Source: Marinicella sp. (GTDB lineage: Bacteria > Pseudomonadota > Gammaproteobacteria > Xanthomonadales > Marinicellaceae). From it: a stretch of 64,000 bases of DNA. The stretch covers positions 448,001 through 512,000 of the forward strand of contig OZ246001.1 of the NCBI GenBank assembly GCA_965230295.1, read 5' to 3'. Made by a program: the position numbers and the translations under genes. The notes under the pieces are model-generated. The model was not told the DNA's origin. It worked only from the letters and a program-made list of their open reading frames with translations, and did no database searches. Shown here piece after piece: positions 1 to 10,931 of this stretch (positions are counted from its first letter, which is position 1; every line of letters begins with the position of its first letter).

Positions 1-1
1 C

Positions 2-214
2 AACCTCACCGAATCGGTTAATCTACCAGCCAACAGCGGTGTGGTGATTGATGCTGTTGGGACGGTAGCGATCGGTACCACTGGACTGATCAGCAACACC
101 GCTCAAGTGATTGTTCCTCTGGGGGTGACTGACACCAATCCCGGTAACAATTCTATGGTTTTGGATATTCTTGAATCCACCGGTGATTTAATCTTTGCGG
201 ATGATTTTGAGTGA
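2..214 (+). CDS. 3' end of a probable secreted DUF11-like domain protein ending in DLIFADDFE (partial)
   Basis: Open frame from window edge: ...ISNTAQVIVPLGVTDTNPGNNSMVLDILESTGDLIFADDFE*. The NTA...D.NPGNN pattern is typical of DUF11. Not in the ORF track because the start lies outside the window. Confidence 0.75.
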   Translation, partial: NLTESVNLPANSGVVIDAVGTVAIGTTGLISNTAQVIVPLGVTDTNPGNNSMVLDILESTGDLIFADDFE

Positions 215-223
215 CTGGAATAA

Positions 224-679
224 CTAGGCCCTGTTAACACTATAGGGATTTTTAATGTTGAGCTCAGACAGAAATTTGATCTCAAGGGCTTCCATCACAA
301 GCGCATCCTCATCTTCCACATGATCATACCCCAATAAATGCAACATACCATGGATGCTGATATGAGCCCAATGGTCATTGACCGCCTTGCCTTGCTCTTG
401 AGCTTCTTGTTCAACAACCGATGCGCAGATGGCCAAATCACCCAGATGATCTGATTCAACAAAATCAGGCACTTCACTGGGGAATGAAAGTACGTTGGTT
501 GGCTTGTCTTTACTGCGGTAGGTGTGGTTCAAATATCGGCTTTCTGTTTCATCAATGATCTTGATACACACTTGGCCAGAGGTTTTTAAGTGGTCAGCCA
601 CCTGATTCAACCAACTTTGGAATTGCTTTGAATCAGGTGCTGCTAAATGGTCTTCATTGATCAGTTCAAGACCAATCAT
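224..679 (-). CDS. ybeY: rRNA maturation endoribonuclease YbeY
   Basis: TNVLSFP, LGDLAIC and HGMLHLLGYDH motifs; downstream of phoH/ybeZ. Confidence 0.96.
   Translation of the reverse strand: MIGLELINEDHLAAPDSKQFQSWLNQVADHLKTSGQVCIKIIDETESRYLNHTYRSKDKPTNVLSFPSEVPDFVESDHLGDLAICASVVEQEAQEQGKAVNDHWAHISIHGMLHLLGYDHVEDEDALVMEALEIKFLSELNIKNPYSVNRA
227..243. repeat. solo MITE terminal inverted repeat inside the ybeY 3' end
   Basis: GGCCCTGTTAACACTAT, preceded by TA, closely matches the ends of the element at 9870-10135. Confidence 0.6.
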
Positions 680-1656
680 GCGTCCTTGTTGTGGTGTTTC
701 TTGTTGTCGTAAGCATCCACAATTTTTTGTACCAGAGAATGTCTGACGACATCTTTGGATTTAAACCAGCTGAAACTGATGCCTTTGATGTCTTGCAGTA
801 TTTCCATGGCGTGTTTTAGACCCGATTTCTCACCAGGCCGTAAGTCAATCTGGGTGATGTCGCCAGTGACCACCACTGTGGTGTTAAACCCGGTTCGGGT
901 CAGAAACATCTTCATTTGTTCTACGGTGGTGTTTTGCGCTTCGTCTAAGATCACAAAAGCATCATTCAATGTTCGGCCTCGCATAAAAGCCAATGGAGCC
1001 ACTTCAATTTGATTCTTCTCCAACATTTTTTCGACTTTGTTGTTGCCCAACATGTCATACAAGGCATCGTACAAAGGTCGCAGATAAGGATCCACTTTGT
1101 CACTCAAATCACCGGGTAAAAAGCCCAGTCTTTCACCGGCTTCAACCGCAGGTCTGACCAACACCAATCGGCGCACCCGATCCATTAAAAAAGCTTCAAC
1201 AGCACAGGCCACAGCCAAAAAAGTCTTGCCTGTACCAGCCGGCCCTATACCAAAGTTAATGTCATGGGTCACGATGTTGTGCAGGTATTCTTTTTGATTG
1301 TCCGAGCGTCCAGTAATCACACCGGCTTTGGTCTGGATGGCCACTTCCTGGGGCTCATAATCAGGTTTGGAAGCATTACCAGCCAGTATCACATGTACAA
1401 TTTCAGGGTTCAGCGCTTCTTTTCTGGCTTCTTTAACCAACAAATTCAGCATCTTGGCAGCCTGATTGACTTGTGCTTCTTCGCCTTTGATTTGGAAATT
1501 TTGCCCGCGGGCATGGATGTCTGTTCCTGTGTGTTCAGCCAATAACTTTAAATGTACATCTTGCTGTCCATACAAATTGACCAAACTTCCGTTGTTGACG
1601 TCCAAAAATTCCATGTTTCGAACGGTAGATTTCATTTCTTTTACATTATTCATCAA
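676..1656 (-). CDS. ybeZ: PhoH family ATPase (YbeZ)
   Basis: GPAGTGKT Walker [26 protein letters not shown]. Confidence 0.95.
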   Translation of the reverse strand: MMNNVKEMKSTVRNMEFLDVNNGSLVNLYGQQDVHLKLLAEHTGTDIHARGQNFQIKGEEAQVNQAAKMLNLLVKEARKEALNPEIVHVILAGNASKPDYEPQEVAIQTKAGVITGRSDNQKEYLHNIVTHDINFGIGPAGTGKTFLAVACAVEAFLMDRVRRLVLVRPAVEAGERLGFLPGDLSDKVDPYLRPLYDALYDMLGNNKVEKMLEKNQIEVAPLAFMRGRTLNDAFVILDEAQNTTVEQMKMFLTRTGFNTTVVVTGDITQIDLRPGEKSGLKHAMEILQDIKGISFSWFKSKDVVRHSLVQKIVDAYDNKKHHNKDA

Positions 1657-2977
1657 TCAATACACGACCTCTTAAAGAGTTTCTTAATGCTTCGGTGATG
1701 ACCACATTGACCATCTGCCCAATCAACCGTTGTGGCCCAGCAAAATTGACCACCCGGTTGTTCTCTGTTTTACCAGAAAGTTCATCATCTGACCACTTAG
1801 ATGTGCCTTCAACCAGAATTTTCTGTGTGCTACCCACCATATTTTGACTGATTTCAGCAGCCATGTCATTGATGGTGGCTTGTAATTGCTGTAATCGGGC
1901 TTTTTTCTCATCTAAGGAGACCAAATCCGGCATTGAAGAGGCCGGTGTTCCAGGTCTGGCGGAGTAAATGAAACTGAATGACTGATCAAACCCAATGTCA
2001 GTGATTAATTTCATGGTGTCGTTAAAGTCTTTATCTGTTTCTCCCGGAAAACCCACAATAAAGTCAGAAGATAAACTGATGTCAGGACGGACTTCGCGCA
2101 GTTTTCTGATTTTTTGTTTGTACTCCAAAGCAGTGTGCCCACGTTTCATCATTGACAAGATGCGATCAGACCCTGATTGCACCGGCAAATGCAGATAATT
2201 GGCCAGCTCAGGGACATCTCGATAGGCTTCGATCAAACCGTCGGTAAACTCCACTGGATGAGAGGTGGTGAATCGAATGCGCTCAATGCCATCTATGGCA
2301 GCCACATAATGAATCAACAAGGCCAAATCAACGATGTCGCCTTCATGAGACAAGCCGCGGTATGCATTCACATTTTGACCCAAGAGATTGACTTCCTTAA
2401 CACCTTGTTCAGCCAATTGCATGATTTCAGACAACACCCCATCCAATGGACGAGACACTTCTTCACCCCGGGTGTAAGGTACGACACAAAATGAACAGTA
2501 TTTGCTACAACCTTCCATGATGGAGACAAAGGCAGCAGGCCCTTCTTTACGCGGTTTGGGTAAGTTGTCAAATTTCTCAATCTCAGGAAATGAAATATCA
2601 ATTTGTGGTTGTTGCTGCTTGTTCCGCTCTTCTAACAACTCAGGTAATCGATGAATGGTTTGGGGACCAAACACCAAATCCACATAAGGTGCCCGTTTGA
2701 TGATGGCTTCACCTTCTTGGGAGGCCACGCATCCACCCACACCAATGATCACATCCGGGTTGTTTTCTTTGATCTTTCTCCAACGGCCCAATTGAGAAAA
2801 CACTTTTTCTTGGGCTTTTTCACGAATTGAACAGGTGTTGATCAAAATCACATCTGCCTCTTCTTCGACATCAGTGACACTCAATCCATGAGATTTGAGT
2901 AGCACATCTTGCATTTTGTCAGAGTCATATTCATTCATCTGACAACCATGGGTTCTTATAAATACTTTACCGCTCAT
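1646..2977 (-). CDS. miaB: tRNA-i6A37 methylthiotransferase MiaB
   Basis: [10 protein letters not shown]-terminus, radical SAM motif CSKYCSFC, C-terminal TRAM domain. Confidence 0.97.
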   Translation of the reverse strand: MSGKVFIRTHGCQMNEYDSDKMQDVLLKSHGLSVTDVEEEADVILINTCSIREKAQEKVFSQLGRWRKIKENNPDVIIGVGGCVASQEGEAIIKRAPYVDLVFGPQTIHRLPELLEERNKQQQPQIDISFPEIEKFDNLPKPRKEGPAAFVSIMEGCSKYCSFCVVPYTRGEEVSRPLDGVLSEIMQLAEQGVKEVNLLGQNVNAYRGLSHEGDIVDLALLIHYVAAIDGIERIRFTTSHPVEFTDGLIEAYRDVPELANYLHLPVQSGSDRILSMMKRGHTALEYKQKIRKLREVRPDISLSSDFIVGFPGETDKDFNDTMKLITDIGFDQSFSFIYSARPGTPASSMPDLVSLDEKKARLQQLQATINDMAAEISQNMVGSTQKILVEGTSKWSDDELSGKTENNRVVNFAGPQRLIGQMVNVVITEALRNSLRGRVLIDE

Positions 2978-3561
2978 AGTGTTTCTTGGTTCATTCTATC
3001 GACTAATTGTACAATGATTTGTGCTGTTAAGCCCCAAATCACATCACCATTGTAGTCAAAAACGTAATAGTGCCTGACCCCAATTGGTGTTTTGATTTTG
3101 TGTTTCACTCGGTTGTTTTTGTCTTGAAAAAAAGCAAAGGGCACACCAAATGCACGGGCCACCTCGTTGTGATCAATTTTCAAATGATTCACATCTTTGA
3201 TTTCACCCACAAACGGGGTGACATGAAAGCCACTGATGGATGGCAGTCCATCTAAAAAGCCCCACAGCTGAATCAAATCTCGAGGCACGCCTATTTCTTC
3301 AAAAGTTTCACGGTATGCGGTGTGCTTGATGTTTTTGTCTTGTGCTTCATAGCCACCACCGGGAAAACTCACTTGGCCTGAATGGTGTTTCAAATCGGCA
3401 TTGCGTTGGGTTAACAACACCCACGGTTCATCATCCTTCCAATAAAAAGGAAACAACACCGCTGCTGCCCGCTCCATATCACCACCTGAGCCTTTCCACA
3501 GATGTTCATCAATCAAATCACGATTGAGGTGAGGTTTAATTATTTGACTGAATTGTTGCAT
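2974..3561 (-). CDS. CoA pyrophosphatase, Nudix family (NudL-like)
   Basis: [16 protein letters not shown] followed by a Nudix box; IWGLTA. Confidence 0.9.
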   Translation of the reverse strand: MQQFSQIIKPHLNRDLIDEHLWKGSGGDMERAAAVLFPFYWKDDEPWVLLTQRNADLKHHSGQVSFPGGGYEAQDKNIKHTAYRETFEEIGVPRDLIQLWGFLDGLPSISGFHVTPFVGEIKDVNHLKIDHNEVARAFGVPFAFFQDKNNRVKHKIKTPIGVRHYYVFDYNGDVIWGLTAQIIVQLVDRMNQETL

Positions 3562-3571
3562 TCTCTAAAGC

Positions 3572-3600
3572 AAAAAAAGGCAAGTTCTGAAAACTTGCCT
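3572..3600 (-). terminator. Rho-independent terminator after the FKBP gene
   Basis: AGGCAAGTT/AACTTGCCT stem followed by a T-run on the minus strand. Confidence 0.7.
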
Positions 3601-3640
3601 CTGCGATATCACCGTTTTGTTTGGCGATGCGAGCCGATGG

Positions 3641-4369
3641 TTATTTGATCGCCAATAAATGAACGTCAAATACCAATACTTCATTAGGACCAATTGGACC
3701 TTGGCCATTCACACCATATGCCATTTCAGGTGGTAAAAACACCTGCCATTTATCACCAGATTTCATCATTGGAATGATTTCTCTCCAACCAGGCATACCA
3801 ATCTTGCTCATGTCCATTTCCAAAGGCTGGCCATTTTTGTACGTGCTGTCAAATTCCTGGTAGTTGTCAAAAACTTCAGTACCAATCAATTTACCACTGT
3901 AATGTATTTCTACAGTATCATCCAGACTGGCGTTTTTACCAGAACCCGCTTCGATCACACGGTATTGAATGCCTGATGCCAACTCTTTGATGCCAGTCTT
4001 ACCACGGTTTTGTGCCAAAAACTGATCACTGCGTTGTTGGTTTTTATCAGCCAATGCCAAATACTCTTCACGTTGGAACAACTGCAATTTTTGTTGATAC
4101 TTGCCGTACTCCTGTGTCATCAACTCTTTGTCAAATGTCGGTTCTTGTTTAGTGGCTGCTTCACGCAGTCCTTTAACGGCCTGTTCAATGTCTAATTCGA
4201 ATTCACTGCCTTCACGACCAGCCGCTTGTAAACCCATGCGGTAGCCAATGGCATACGAAGCTGCAGCTTTATCAAATGTGATGTCTGAGCTCTTAGGAAC
4301 TTGTTGTTCATTTTGTGCCATGGCAGTTACAGTCAGTGCCAAAGACATCAAAGTCATAATTTTTCTCAT
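3641..4369 (-). CDS. FKBP-type peptidyl-prolyl isomerase (FkpA/Mip-like), exported
   Basis: Signal peptide, SYAIG, SGIQYRVI, FDS, PPEMAYG, IGPNEVLVFDVHL; start moved to ATG 4369, which has GAGG upstream. Confidence 0.92.
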   Translation of the reverse strand: MRKIMTLMSLALTVTAMAQNEQQVPKSSDITFDKAAASYAIGYRMGLQAAGREGSEFELDIEQAVKGLREAATKQEPTFDKELMTQEYGKYQQKLQLFQREEYLALADKNQQRSDQFLAQNRGKTGIKELASGIQYRVIEAGSGKNASLDDTVEIHYSGKLIGTEVFDNYQEFDSTYKNGQPLEMDMSKIGMPGWREIIPMMKSGDKWQVFLPPEMAYGVNGQGPIGPNEVLVFDVHLLAIK

Positions 4370-4505
4370 TCGTAACCTCTTAACAAAATCAGCCGCGTAT
4401 TGTACGCCAGCCATCTGAGTTAAACAAGACAAGCAAGCAACTAATAAGTTCAAATTTGGCTCTTCTTGAGCCAGTTGCAGGCACTTTTAACGCAAATATA
4501 ATGAT

Positions 4506-4535
4506 TTGAGGCCTGGGTTCATTTATTGCTATAAT
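4506..4535 (+). promoter_or_regulatory. putative sigma70 promoter
   Basis: TTGAGG-18-TATAAT with extended TG, 30 nt upstream of the enoyl-CoA hydratase start. Confidence 0.5.
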
Positions 4536-4564
4536 TTCGAGCTCTTTTAACCTTACATTGAATC

Positions 4565-5341
4565 ATGCCAAACGTCTTATCCAATCTTGAGAACAAAGTC
4601 CTCACCATCACCATCAATCGACCCGATAAACTCAATGCCTTAAATCAAGCCACATTGAAAGAACTTGATGCCATCATCAACCAGGCCAAAGACGATGACA
4701 ACACCGCTGCCATCATCATCACCGGCTCAGGTGAGAAGGCATTTGTAGCTGGTGCTGACATCTCAGAATTGGCCACCACCGATGCCATGACCGGCATGCA
4801 ATTTGCTCGTTATGGCCAATCGGTATTCAACAACATTGAAAACTGTGGCAAACCGGTCATCGCAGCGGTTAATGGTTTTGCCTTAGGCGGTGGTTGTGAA
4901 TTGGCCATGGCTTGCCACCTCAGAATCGCTTCTGACAATGCCAAATTCGGTCAACCAGAGATCAAATTGGGTGTGATTCCCGGCTTTGGCGGTACCCAGC
5001 GATTGACACGACTGGTCGGTAAAGGCAAATCCATGGAAATGAATTTATTGGGTGACATGCTTTCTGCCAATAAAGCCGAACAAATCGGCCTGGCCAATTG
5101 GGTGGTACCACAAGGAGAGTTGATGCCCACCGTTGAAAAAGTGGCCCAACAACTGGCCAACTCTGCGCCCATTGCTTTGAGCATGACCATCGATGCCATC
5201 AACAAAGGCCTTGAATGCGCCTTGCCAGACGCACTGGATTACGAGGTCAAAGCCTTCGGTATCTGCTGCGCTTCAGAAGATAAAAATGAAGGCACCAGTG
5301 CGTTCCTGGAAAAACGCGCGGCCAAATTCAGCGGCAAGTAA
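4565..5341 (+). CDS. enoyl-CoA hydratase/crotonase
   Basis: AFVAGADI, GFALGGGCELAMACH, FGQPEIKLG. Confidence 0.93.
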   Translation: MPNVLSNLENKVLTITINRPDKLNALNQATLKELDAIINQAKDDDNTAAIIITGSGEKAFVAGADISELATTDAMTGMQFARYGQSVFNNIENCGKPVIAAVNGFALGGGCELAMACHLRIASDNAKFGQPEIKLGVIPGFGGTQRLTRLVGKGKSMEMNLLGDMLSANKAEQIGLANWVVPQGELMPTVEKVAQQLANSAPIALSMTIDAINKGLECALPDALDYEVKAFGICCASEDKNEGTSAFLEKRAAKFSGK

Positions 5342-5362
5342 GGGCCACCACAACGTCGAAAT

Positions 5363-5387
5363 CAAAAGGCGCTGCAGGCGCCTTTTG
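5363..5387. terminator. bidirectional terminator hairpin
   Basis: CAAAAGGCGC-tgcag-GCGCCTTTTG between convergent genes. Confidence 0.7.
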
Positions 5388-5391
5388 GCTC

Positions 5392-5565
5392 TTATTTATC
5401 AGGCGGTTCATTTTGCTGGTCACCCATGGCCAGATTTAACCAGAACCAAAGCTCAACCACCGCTGCAATGATGATGACGACAACTGTGCCGGTCTTGAAA
5501 CCAATAAAATACAACAACAAGGCCAGGGCAGCCAGGGTCAATAAAGTCAGTCCTCGTGAGTTCAT
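5392..5565 (-). CDS. small (57 aa) membrane protein, two predicted TM helices
   Basis: MNSRGLTLLTLAALALLLYFIGFKTGTVVVIIIAAVVELWFWLNLAMGDQQNEPPDK; GAGGTG RBS upstream; terminator directly downstream. Confidence 0.7.
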   Translation of the reverse strand: MNSRGLTLLTLAALALLLYFIGFKTGTVVVIIIAAVVELWFWLNLAMGDQQNEPPDK

Positions 5566-5721
5566 ATCACCTCAATCAAATAAAGATCATATTAACAAAA
5601 TCACCGACCAGAATCATCAGTCGTAAGTCATGATCTACTTGCGACAAAAATAATTAAATTTACCCACATGATCTTGACGCTTTTTGGTTAAAATGATGGG
5701 TTTGATTCACCTTTGACCAAC

Positions 5722-8547
5722 ATGAAAAGTATTTCCCTTCGAGGCGTCAGAACCCACAATTTAAAAAACATAGATATCGACTTGCCCCGTGATCAATTCA
5801 TCGTCATCACGGGCTTGTCAGGCTCTGGCAAATCTTCCTTGGCATTCGACACCATTTATGCTGAAGGACAACGTCGTTATGTGGAGTCTTTATCTGCTTA
5901 CGCCCGACAATTTTTATCGATGATGGACAAGCCGGATTTGGACCACATCGAAGGGTTGTCACCCGCCATTTCAATTGAACAAAAGTCGACCTCTCACAAC
6001 CCACGCTCTACGGTAGGCACCATCACCGAAATCTATGATTATTTGCGGTTATTGTATGCCCGCATCGGCACACCCAAATGCCCTGATCATGCGATATCAT
6101 TGGAAGCTCAGGAAGTCTCAGAAATGGTCGATAAAGTTTTGGCCTTGGAAAGTGGTCGAAAACTGATGTTACTGGCACCGGTGGTCAGAAACCGCAAAGG
6201 CGAACACCTGTTGTTATTGGAGCAATTACGCGGCAGTGGTTTTGTGCGGGTCAGGATCGATGGGACTTTGTACAACATTGACGACCTCCCCAAGTTAAAC
6301 CCCAAACAAAAACATGACATTGAGGCGGTGGTGGACCGCTTTAAAGTCAAAGAAGGCATCGCCCAGAGGTTGGCGGAATCTTTTGAAACCGCCCTGTCGT
6401 TGTCAGAAGGTTTGGCCATGGTGGTTTCCTTTGATGATGGAGGTGACACGAACTTGATGTTCAGTTCTTTGTTTTCCTGCCCTGTGTGCAATTACTCACT
6501 GAGTGAATTGGAACCCAGGCTGTTCTCTTTCAATTCTCCCAATGGGGCCTGCAGTGAATGCGATGGCTTAGGCGTCAGTCAGTTTTTTGATCCCGAACGG
6601 ATCATCGTCAATAAAAACTTATCCATGGCAGAAGGCGCTGTTCGCGGTTGGGACAAACGCAATGGCTGGTACTTTCAATTGCTACAAGCGGTGGCTAAAA
6701 AATATAAATTCGATGTCAACACACCACTCAAAGATTTACCACAAAAAGTCCAGGATGTGTTGTTTTATGGCAGTGGTGAGGACAACATCAAATTCACCTA
6801 CTACAGCGACAAAGGTCAGTATGAGCGCAACCACCCGTTTGAAGGCATCGCCAACAACATGAAGCGCCGTTATCAGGAAACCGAGTCATCCATGGTTCGT
6901 GAAGAACTGAATAAGTACATCAGCAAAAAACCCTGCCCACAATGTGAAGGCCAGCGATTGAATCGCAGTGCCCGCAATGTGTTCATCAATGATGTGCCCT
7001 TACCGCACATCAATGCCATGTCTATTGCTGGCGCTTTGCGGCATTTTGAAGAACTGAACTTAACAGGGCAAAAGGCGCAAATAGCAGAAAAAATCATCAA
7101 GGAAATCCGCGAACGCTTGAGCTTTTTGGTGAATGTCGGCCTGAACTATTTAACGGTTGATCGCAAAGCCGATTCACTCTCTGGGGGTGAAGCACAACGG
7201 ATTCGGTTGGCCTCTCAGATCGGTGCTGGATTGGTGGGTGTGATGTATGTCTTGGATGAACCGTCCATTGGCTTGCACCAGCGTGACAATGAAAAATTGT
7301 TGAAAACCTTGGTTAATTTGAAAAACTTGGGAAACACGGTGATTGTGGTTGAACACGATGAAGATGCGGTCAGGATGGCTGATCATGTGGTGGACATCGG
7401 ACCGGGTGCTGGTGTTCATGGTGGGCACATCGTGGCTGAAGGCACGCCGAAACAGATTTGTGCCAACAAAAATTCAATCACTGGTCAATACCTCACTGGC
7501 GCACTTAAGATTGACATTCCCCAAAAAAGACACCCCGTGGACAAGAAAAAGGTGTTCAAGCTTAATGGCGCAACCGGCAACAACCTGAAAAATGTCAATG
7601 TTGAAATCCCAGCGGGCCTGTTTACTTGTATCACAGGCGTTTCTGGCTCAGGCAAATCAACTTTAATCAATGAAACCGTCTACAAGGTGCTGGCCAATCA
7701 CTTGAATCGGGCCTCACATCAGTCACAACCCTATAAAGATTTCAAAAACATCGAATTGTTCGACAAAGTGGTGGACATCGACCAGAAACCCATCGGTCGG
7801 ACCCCAAGATCCAATCCGGCCACATATACACAATTATTTGGCCCCATCAGGGATTTGTTCTCTAACACACCCGAAGCCAGAACCCGAGGCTATAAACCTG
7901 GTCGATTCAGTTTCAATGTCAAGGGTGGACGTTGCGAAGCTTGTCAGGGTGACGGTGTAATCAAAGTCGAAATGCACTTTTTACCAGATGTTTATGTGAC
8001 CTGTGACACCTGCAAGGGTAAACGCTACAACCGTGAAACACTGGATGTGCAATACAAAGGCAAAAACATCTATGAAGTTCTTAATATGACCGTAGAGGAT
8101 GCCCTACCCTTTTTCTCTGCCATACCCAACATCGCCACCAAGCTGCAAACGCTGTTGGATGTGGGTTTGAGCTACATCACCCTTGGACAAAATGCCACCA
8201 CCTTGTCCGGAGGCGAGGCCCAGCGTGTCAAACTGGCCAAAGAACTGTCCAAGAGAGACACTGGCAAGACCGTCTATATTTTGGATGAGCCAACCACCGG
8301 GCTACATTTTGCAGACATCAAACAATTGCTTAAAGTCTTGCATCATTTGCGAGATAATGGCAACACCATTATGGTCATTGAACACAATCTAGATGTGATC
8401 AAAACAGCCGATTGGATCATAGACCTGGGACCCGAAGGCGGACATGGTGGCGGTGAAATCATCGCCAAAGGTACACCCGAAACATTGGTTAAAGTAAAGA
8501 AAAGCCACACGGGTGCTTTTTTAAAGCCGATCCTTGAGAAAGGCTAA
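5722..8547 (+). CDS. uvrA: excinuclease ABC subunit A
   Basis: Two ABC ATPase domains ([26 protein letters not shown]) and zinc fingers; alternative TTG start at 5713. Confidence 0.98.
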   Translation: MKSISLRGVRTHNLKNIDIDLPRDQFIVITGLSGSGKSSLAFDTIYAEGQRRYVESLSAYARQFLSMMDKPDLDHIEGLSPAISIEQKSTSHNPRSTVGTITEIYDYLRLLYARIGTPKCPDHAISLEAQEVSEMVDKVLALESGRKLMLLAPVVRNRKGEHLLLLEQLRGSGFVRVRIDGTLYNIDDLPKLNPKQKHDIEAVVDRFKVKEGIAQRLAESFETALSLSEGLAMVVSFDDGGDTNLMFSSLFSCPVCNYSLSELEPRLFSFNSPNGACSECDGLGVSQFFDPERIIVNKNLSMAEGAVRGWDKRNGWYFQLLQAVAKKYKFDVNTPLKDLPQKVQDVLFYGSGEDNIKFTYYSDKGQYERNHPFEGIANNMKRRYQETESSMVREELNKYISKKPCPQCEGQRLNRSARNVFINDVPLPHINAMSIAGALRHFEELNLTGQKAQIAEKIIKEIRERLSFLVNVGLNYLTVDRKADSLSGGEAQRIRLASQIGAGLVGVMYVLDEPSIGLHQRDNEKLLKTLVNLKNLGNTVIVVEHDEDAVRMADHVVDIGPGAGVHGGHIVAEGTPKQICANKNSITGQYLTGALKIDIPQKRHPVDKKKVFKLNGATGNNLKNVNVEIPAGLFTCITGVSGSGKSTLINETVYKVLANHLNRASHQSQPYKDFKNIELFDKVVDIDQKPIGRTPRSNPATYTQLFGPIRDLFSNTPEARTRGYKPGRFSFNVKGGRCEACQGDGVIKVEMHFLPDVYVTCDTCKGKRYNRETLDVQYKGKNIYEVLNMTVEDALPFFSAIPNIATKLQTLLDVGLSYITLGQNATTLSGGEAQRVKLAKELSKRDTGKTVYILDEPTTGLHFADIKQLLKVLHHLRDNGNTIMVIEHNLDVIKTADWIIDLGPEGGHGGGEIIAKGTPETLVKVKKSHTGAFLKPILEKG

Positions 8548-8620
8548 TTCAGGACTTTTGTTACATGCAATGTTCAACATAACCTGACATAATAATTTAA
8601 AGTTAACAAGCAAACTCATT

Positions 8621-9853
8621 ATGAAAAAAATCGTATTTACTGCGTTATTAACCACTTCTTGCTTGGGTATGGCAGCCAATCCAGAGCCCATCATCTATGG
8701 CACAGTCACTGAAACCAATGGTCAGACTTATACCGGCAGCATTCGTTGGGGAGACCAGGAGACATTCCTCAGTGATATTTTTAATGGCAGAAAATTAACC
8801 ACAGTGGGATTTGAACACCTCAGTGAAGACGAACAAGATGATTTGCTGGACCACCAACCAGGGCCCCAAGCCACCATTGGTGATTTACAAATCACTTTTA
8901 AATCATTTTTTGGTAAAGAAATCGATCAACCTTATTTCAACGTCCCTTTTGGTTCAGTCAAGCAACTTGAAATTGATAACAAGAAAAATTTGTTCACCGC
9001 CACATTACACGATGGCACCACCATCGTCAGCGATGGCAGCAGTTCAAATGATTTGAACAGTGATGTTTTTGTGAAAAACTTACAGGGTGAAACCAAAGAG
9101 TTTGAGTTGGATGATTTATCACTCATCACTTTTTCCAAAGCGCCGCAAGCAGCTTTGACTTATGGCGATGGTATTTATGGCACTGTGACTTCATCCATTG
9201 GCACCTTCAAAGGTCGTGTTATGTGGGACAAAGATGAACGACTGACTTACGAAGAACTGGATGGCAATGACGAATCTCAAGACTATGAAATCAAATTTTC
9301 TGAAATCAAAAGCATCGAAAGAAGTGGCAATTCATCTATTGTTGAATTAACCAACGAAACCACTTTAAACTTAACAGGCACCAATGATGTCAACAATGGC
9401 AACCGAGGCATCTGGGTAGACCACCCAGATTTAGGCCGTGTTGAAATTGAATGGTTACAATTTAAAAAACTGGTCATAGAAGATGTGGATGTTGACTGGA
9501 TGGACTTTGATGACTATGCCAACAAAACCAAGCCACTGAAAGGACAAGTCGAACTCAAAGATGGCTCTAGAGTGGATGCTGACAGCATCATCTATGACAT
9601 GAACCAGCAAAGCTCATCCGAATTGCTGTATGTGGATGTCAATGAAGCCAATCGTGAAATCCCTTTAAGAACCATTCAAGAAATTACTGTAAAGCACGAT
9701 CAGGCAGTCGAGTTAAAACTACATGACCAATCAACCATACTGGCCTATGGCAACCGCAGCGTGACCCGCGAAAACAATGGGGTCTTATTAAAAACCCAAG
9801 GCAACCACCGCTGGATTCCGTGGGAACAAGTACAAACTGTTATATTTAAATAG
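8621..9853 (+). CDS. secreted hypothetical protein with three internal repeats
   Basis: Signal peptide; IYGTVT...G.I.W motif repeated; acidic and beta-rich. Confidence 0.8.
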   Translation: MKKIVFTALLTTSCLGMAANPEPIIYGTVTETNGQTYTGSIRWGDQETFLSDIFNGRKLTTVGFEHLSEDEQDDLLDHQPGPQATIGDLQITFKSFFGKEIDQPYFNVPFGSVKQLEIDNKKNLFTATLHDGTTIVSDGSSSNDLNSDVFVKNLQGETKEFELDDLSLITFSKAPQAALTYGDGIYGTVTSSIGTFKGRVMWDKDERLTYEELDGNDESQDYEIKFSEIKSIERSGNSSIVELTNETTLNLTGTNDVNNGNRGIWVDHPDLGRVEIEWLQFKKLVIEDVDVDWMDFDDYANKTKPLKGQVELKDGSRVDADSIIYDMNQQSSSELLYVDVNEANREIPLRTIQEITVKHDQAVELKLHDQSTILAYGNRSVTRENNGVLLKTQGNHRWIPWEQVQTVIFK

Positions 9854-9869
9854 CCTTCTGCTGATACCT

Positions 9870-10135
9870 GGGCCTGTTAACACCATGCAAATGGTTACTG
9901 TTATGACTGAAATTAATCCAATCAAGGCGCGAAGAGCGCAGTTGGGTGATTCCCATCAAGTGATGAGCAACACCGAGTGGGTTAATTTCAGCCCTAACCC
10001 CTAGGGCTGGGTTGCTTTTTCCACCCAACATCGTTATCAGTCGTTCATGTGGAATAACCACACATCACGACTTTTGCCTTGTCGGATTGAAAAAACAACT
10101 CCAGCAGTCACTATTCACATAGTGTTAACAGGCCC
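9870..10135. mobile_element. MITE, 266 bp, non-autonomous
   Basis: Perfect 14-bp terminal inverted repeats GGGCCTGTTAACAC / GTGTTAACAGGCCC; no credible ORF; lies between convergent genes. Confidence 0.8.
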
Positions 10136-10140
10136 TGATT

Positions 10141-10827
10141 TCACTGGCTGGCCAGTTTATAACCTACGCCGCGAATGGTTTGGATCCACTTGTCTTTGTT
10201 GTGTTTCTTGAGGGCTTTGCGCAAACGCAGAACGTGGACGTCAACCGTGCGATCTTCGACAAAGGTATTGCGCCCCCAAATGTGATTCAGAATGTGCTCC
10301 CTGGTTAACAGCTTATTTGAGTTTTGTAAAAACAGTTTCAATAACTTAAATTCTGTTAAACTCAGGCTGAGTGATTCACCATCAATATTGATTTCATGTG
10401 ATTCTCCGTCTAGCACAATGTCCTGATATTTAATGCGGTGACTGGTTTCAAATCCACTCGAGCGGCGCAAATGAGCCCGGATTCGAGCCATCAGCTCCAA
10501 CATGGAGGCCGGTTTTGTCAGATAGTCATCAGCTCCACGTTCCAGGCCTTTGACTTTGTCACTCTCCTCTGCCCTGGCTGTGAGCATGATGATAGGCACT
10601 TCCTTAATCACTTCATCCCGACGAATCATGTCGATGAGATCTATGCCACTCATGTCAGGCAGTCCCCAATCAATCACAATCAAATCCGGATGTACCTGAT
10701 TCAGTTGTTCTAATGCTTCATTACCTGAAGCGGCTTTGAAAGTTTCAAAGCCTTCACGGCGCAGTGAAAATGCCATCATTTCACGAATTGCCATGTCATC
10801 TTCAACAATCAAAATGTTGCTGTGCAT
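10141..10827 (-). CDS. phoB: phosphate regulon response regulator PhoB-like (OmpR family)
   Basis: REC domain plus winged helix with WGRNTFVEDRTVDVHVLRLRKAL; Pho box upstream; start set at MHSN. Confidence 0.8.
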   Translation of the reverse strand: MHSNILIVEDDMAIREMMAFSLRREGFETFKAASGNEALEQLNQVHPDLIVIDWGLPDMSGIDLIDMIRRDEVIKEVPIIMLTARAEESDKVKGLERGADDYLTKPASMLELMARIRAHLRRSSGFETSHRIKYQDIVLDGESHEINIDGESLSLSLTEFKLLKLFLQNSNKLLTREHILNHIWGRNTFVEDRTVDVHVLRLRKALKKHNKDKWIQTIRGVGYKLASQ

Positions 10828-10871
10828 GTCTTCTGAGTTTTCGTTTAAAGTGGTCATGATAAGTAACAATT

Positions 10872-10889
10872 ATGACATCTCAATGACAA
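10872..10889 (-). promoter_or_regulatory. Pho box
   Basis: Minus strand TTGTCAT-TGAG-ATGTCAT: two GTCAT half-sites 11 bp apart upstream of phoB. Confidence 0.7.
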
Positions 10890-10931
10890 AATTGTCATAA
10901 ATATCGATGATCTCACTTTCGATTCAACAGA

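Noticed and set aside
5426-5626. Plus-strand ORFs 5193..5471 and 5426..5626
   Set aside because: Shadows of the crotonase gene and of the minus-strand 57-aa ORF, which has the RBS and terminator.
5626-5721. LexA/SOS box upstream of uvrA
   Set aside because: No CTG-N10-CAG site found.
9846-10061. 71-aa ORF
   Set aside because: Lies almost wholly inside the MITE; no protein-like features.
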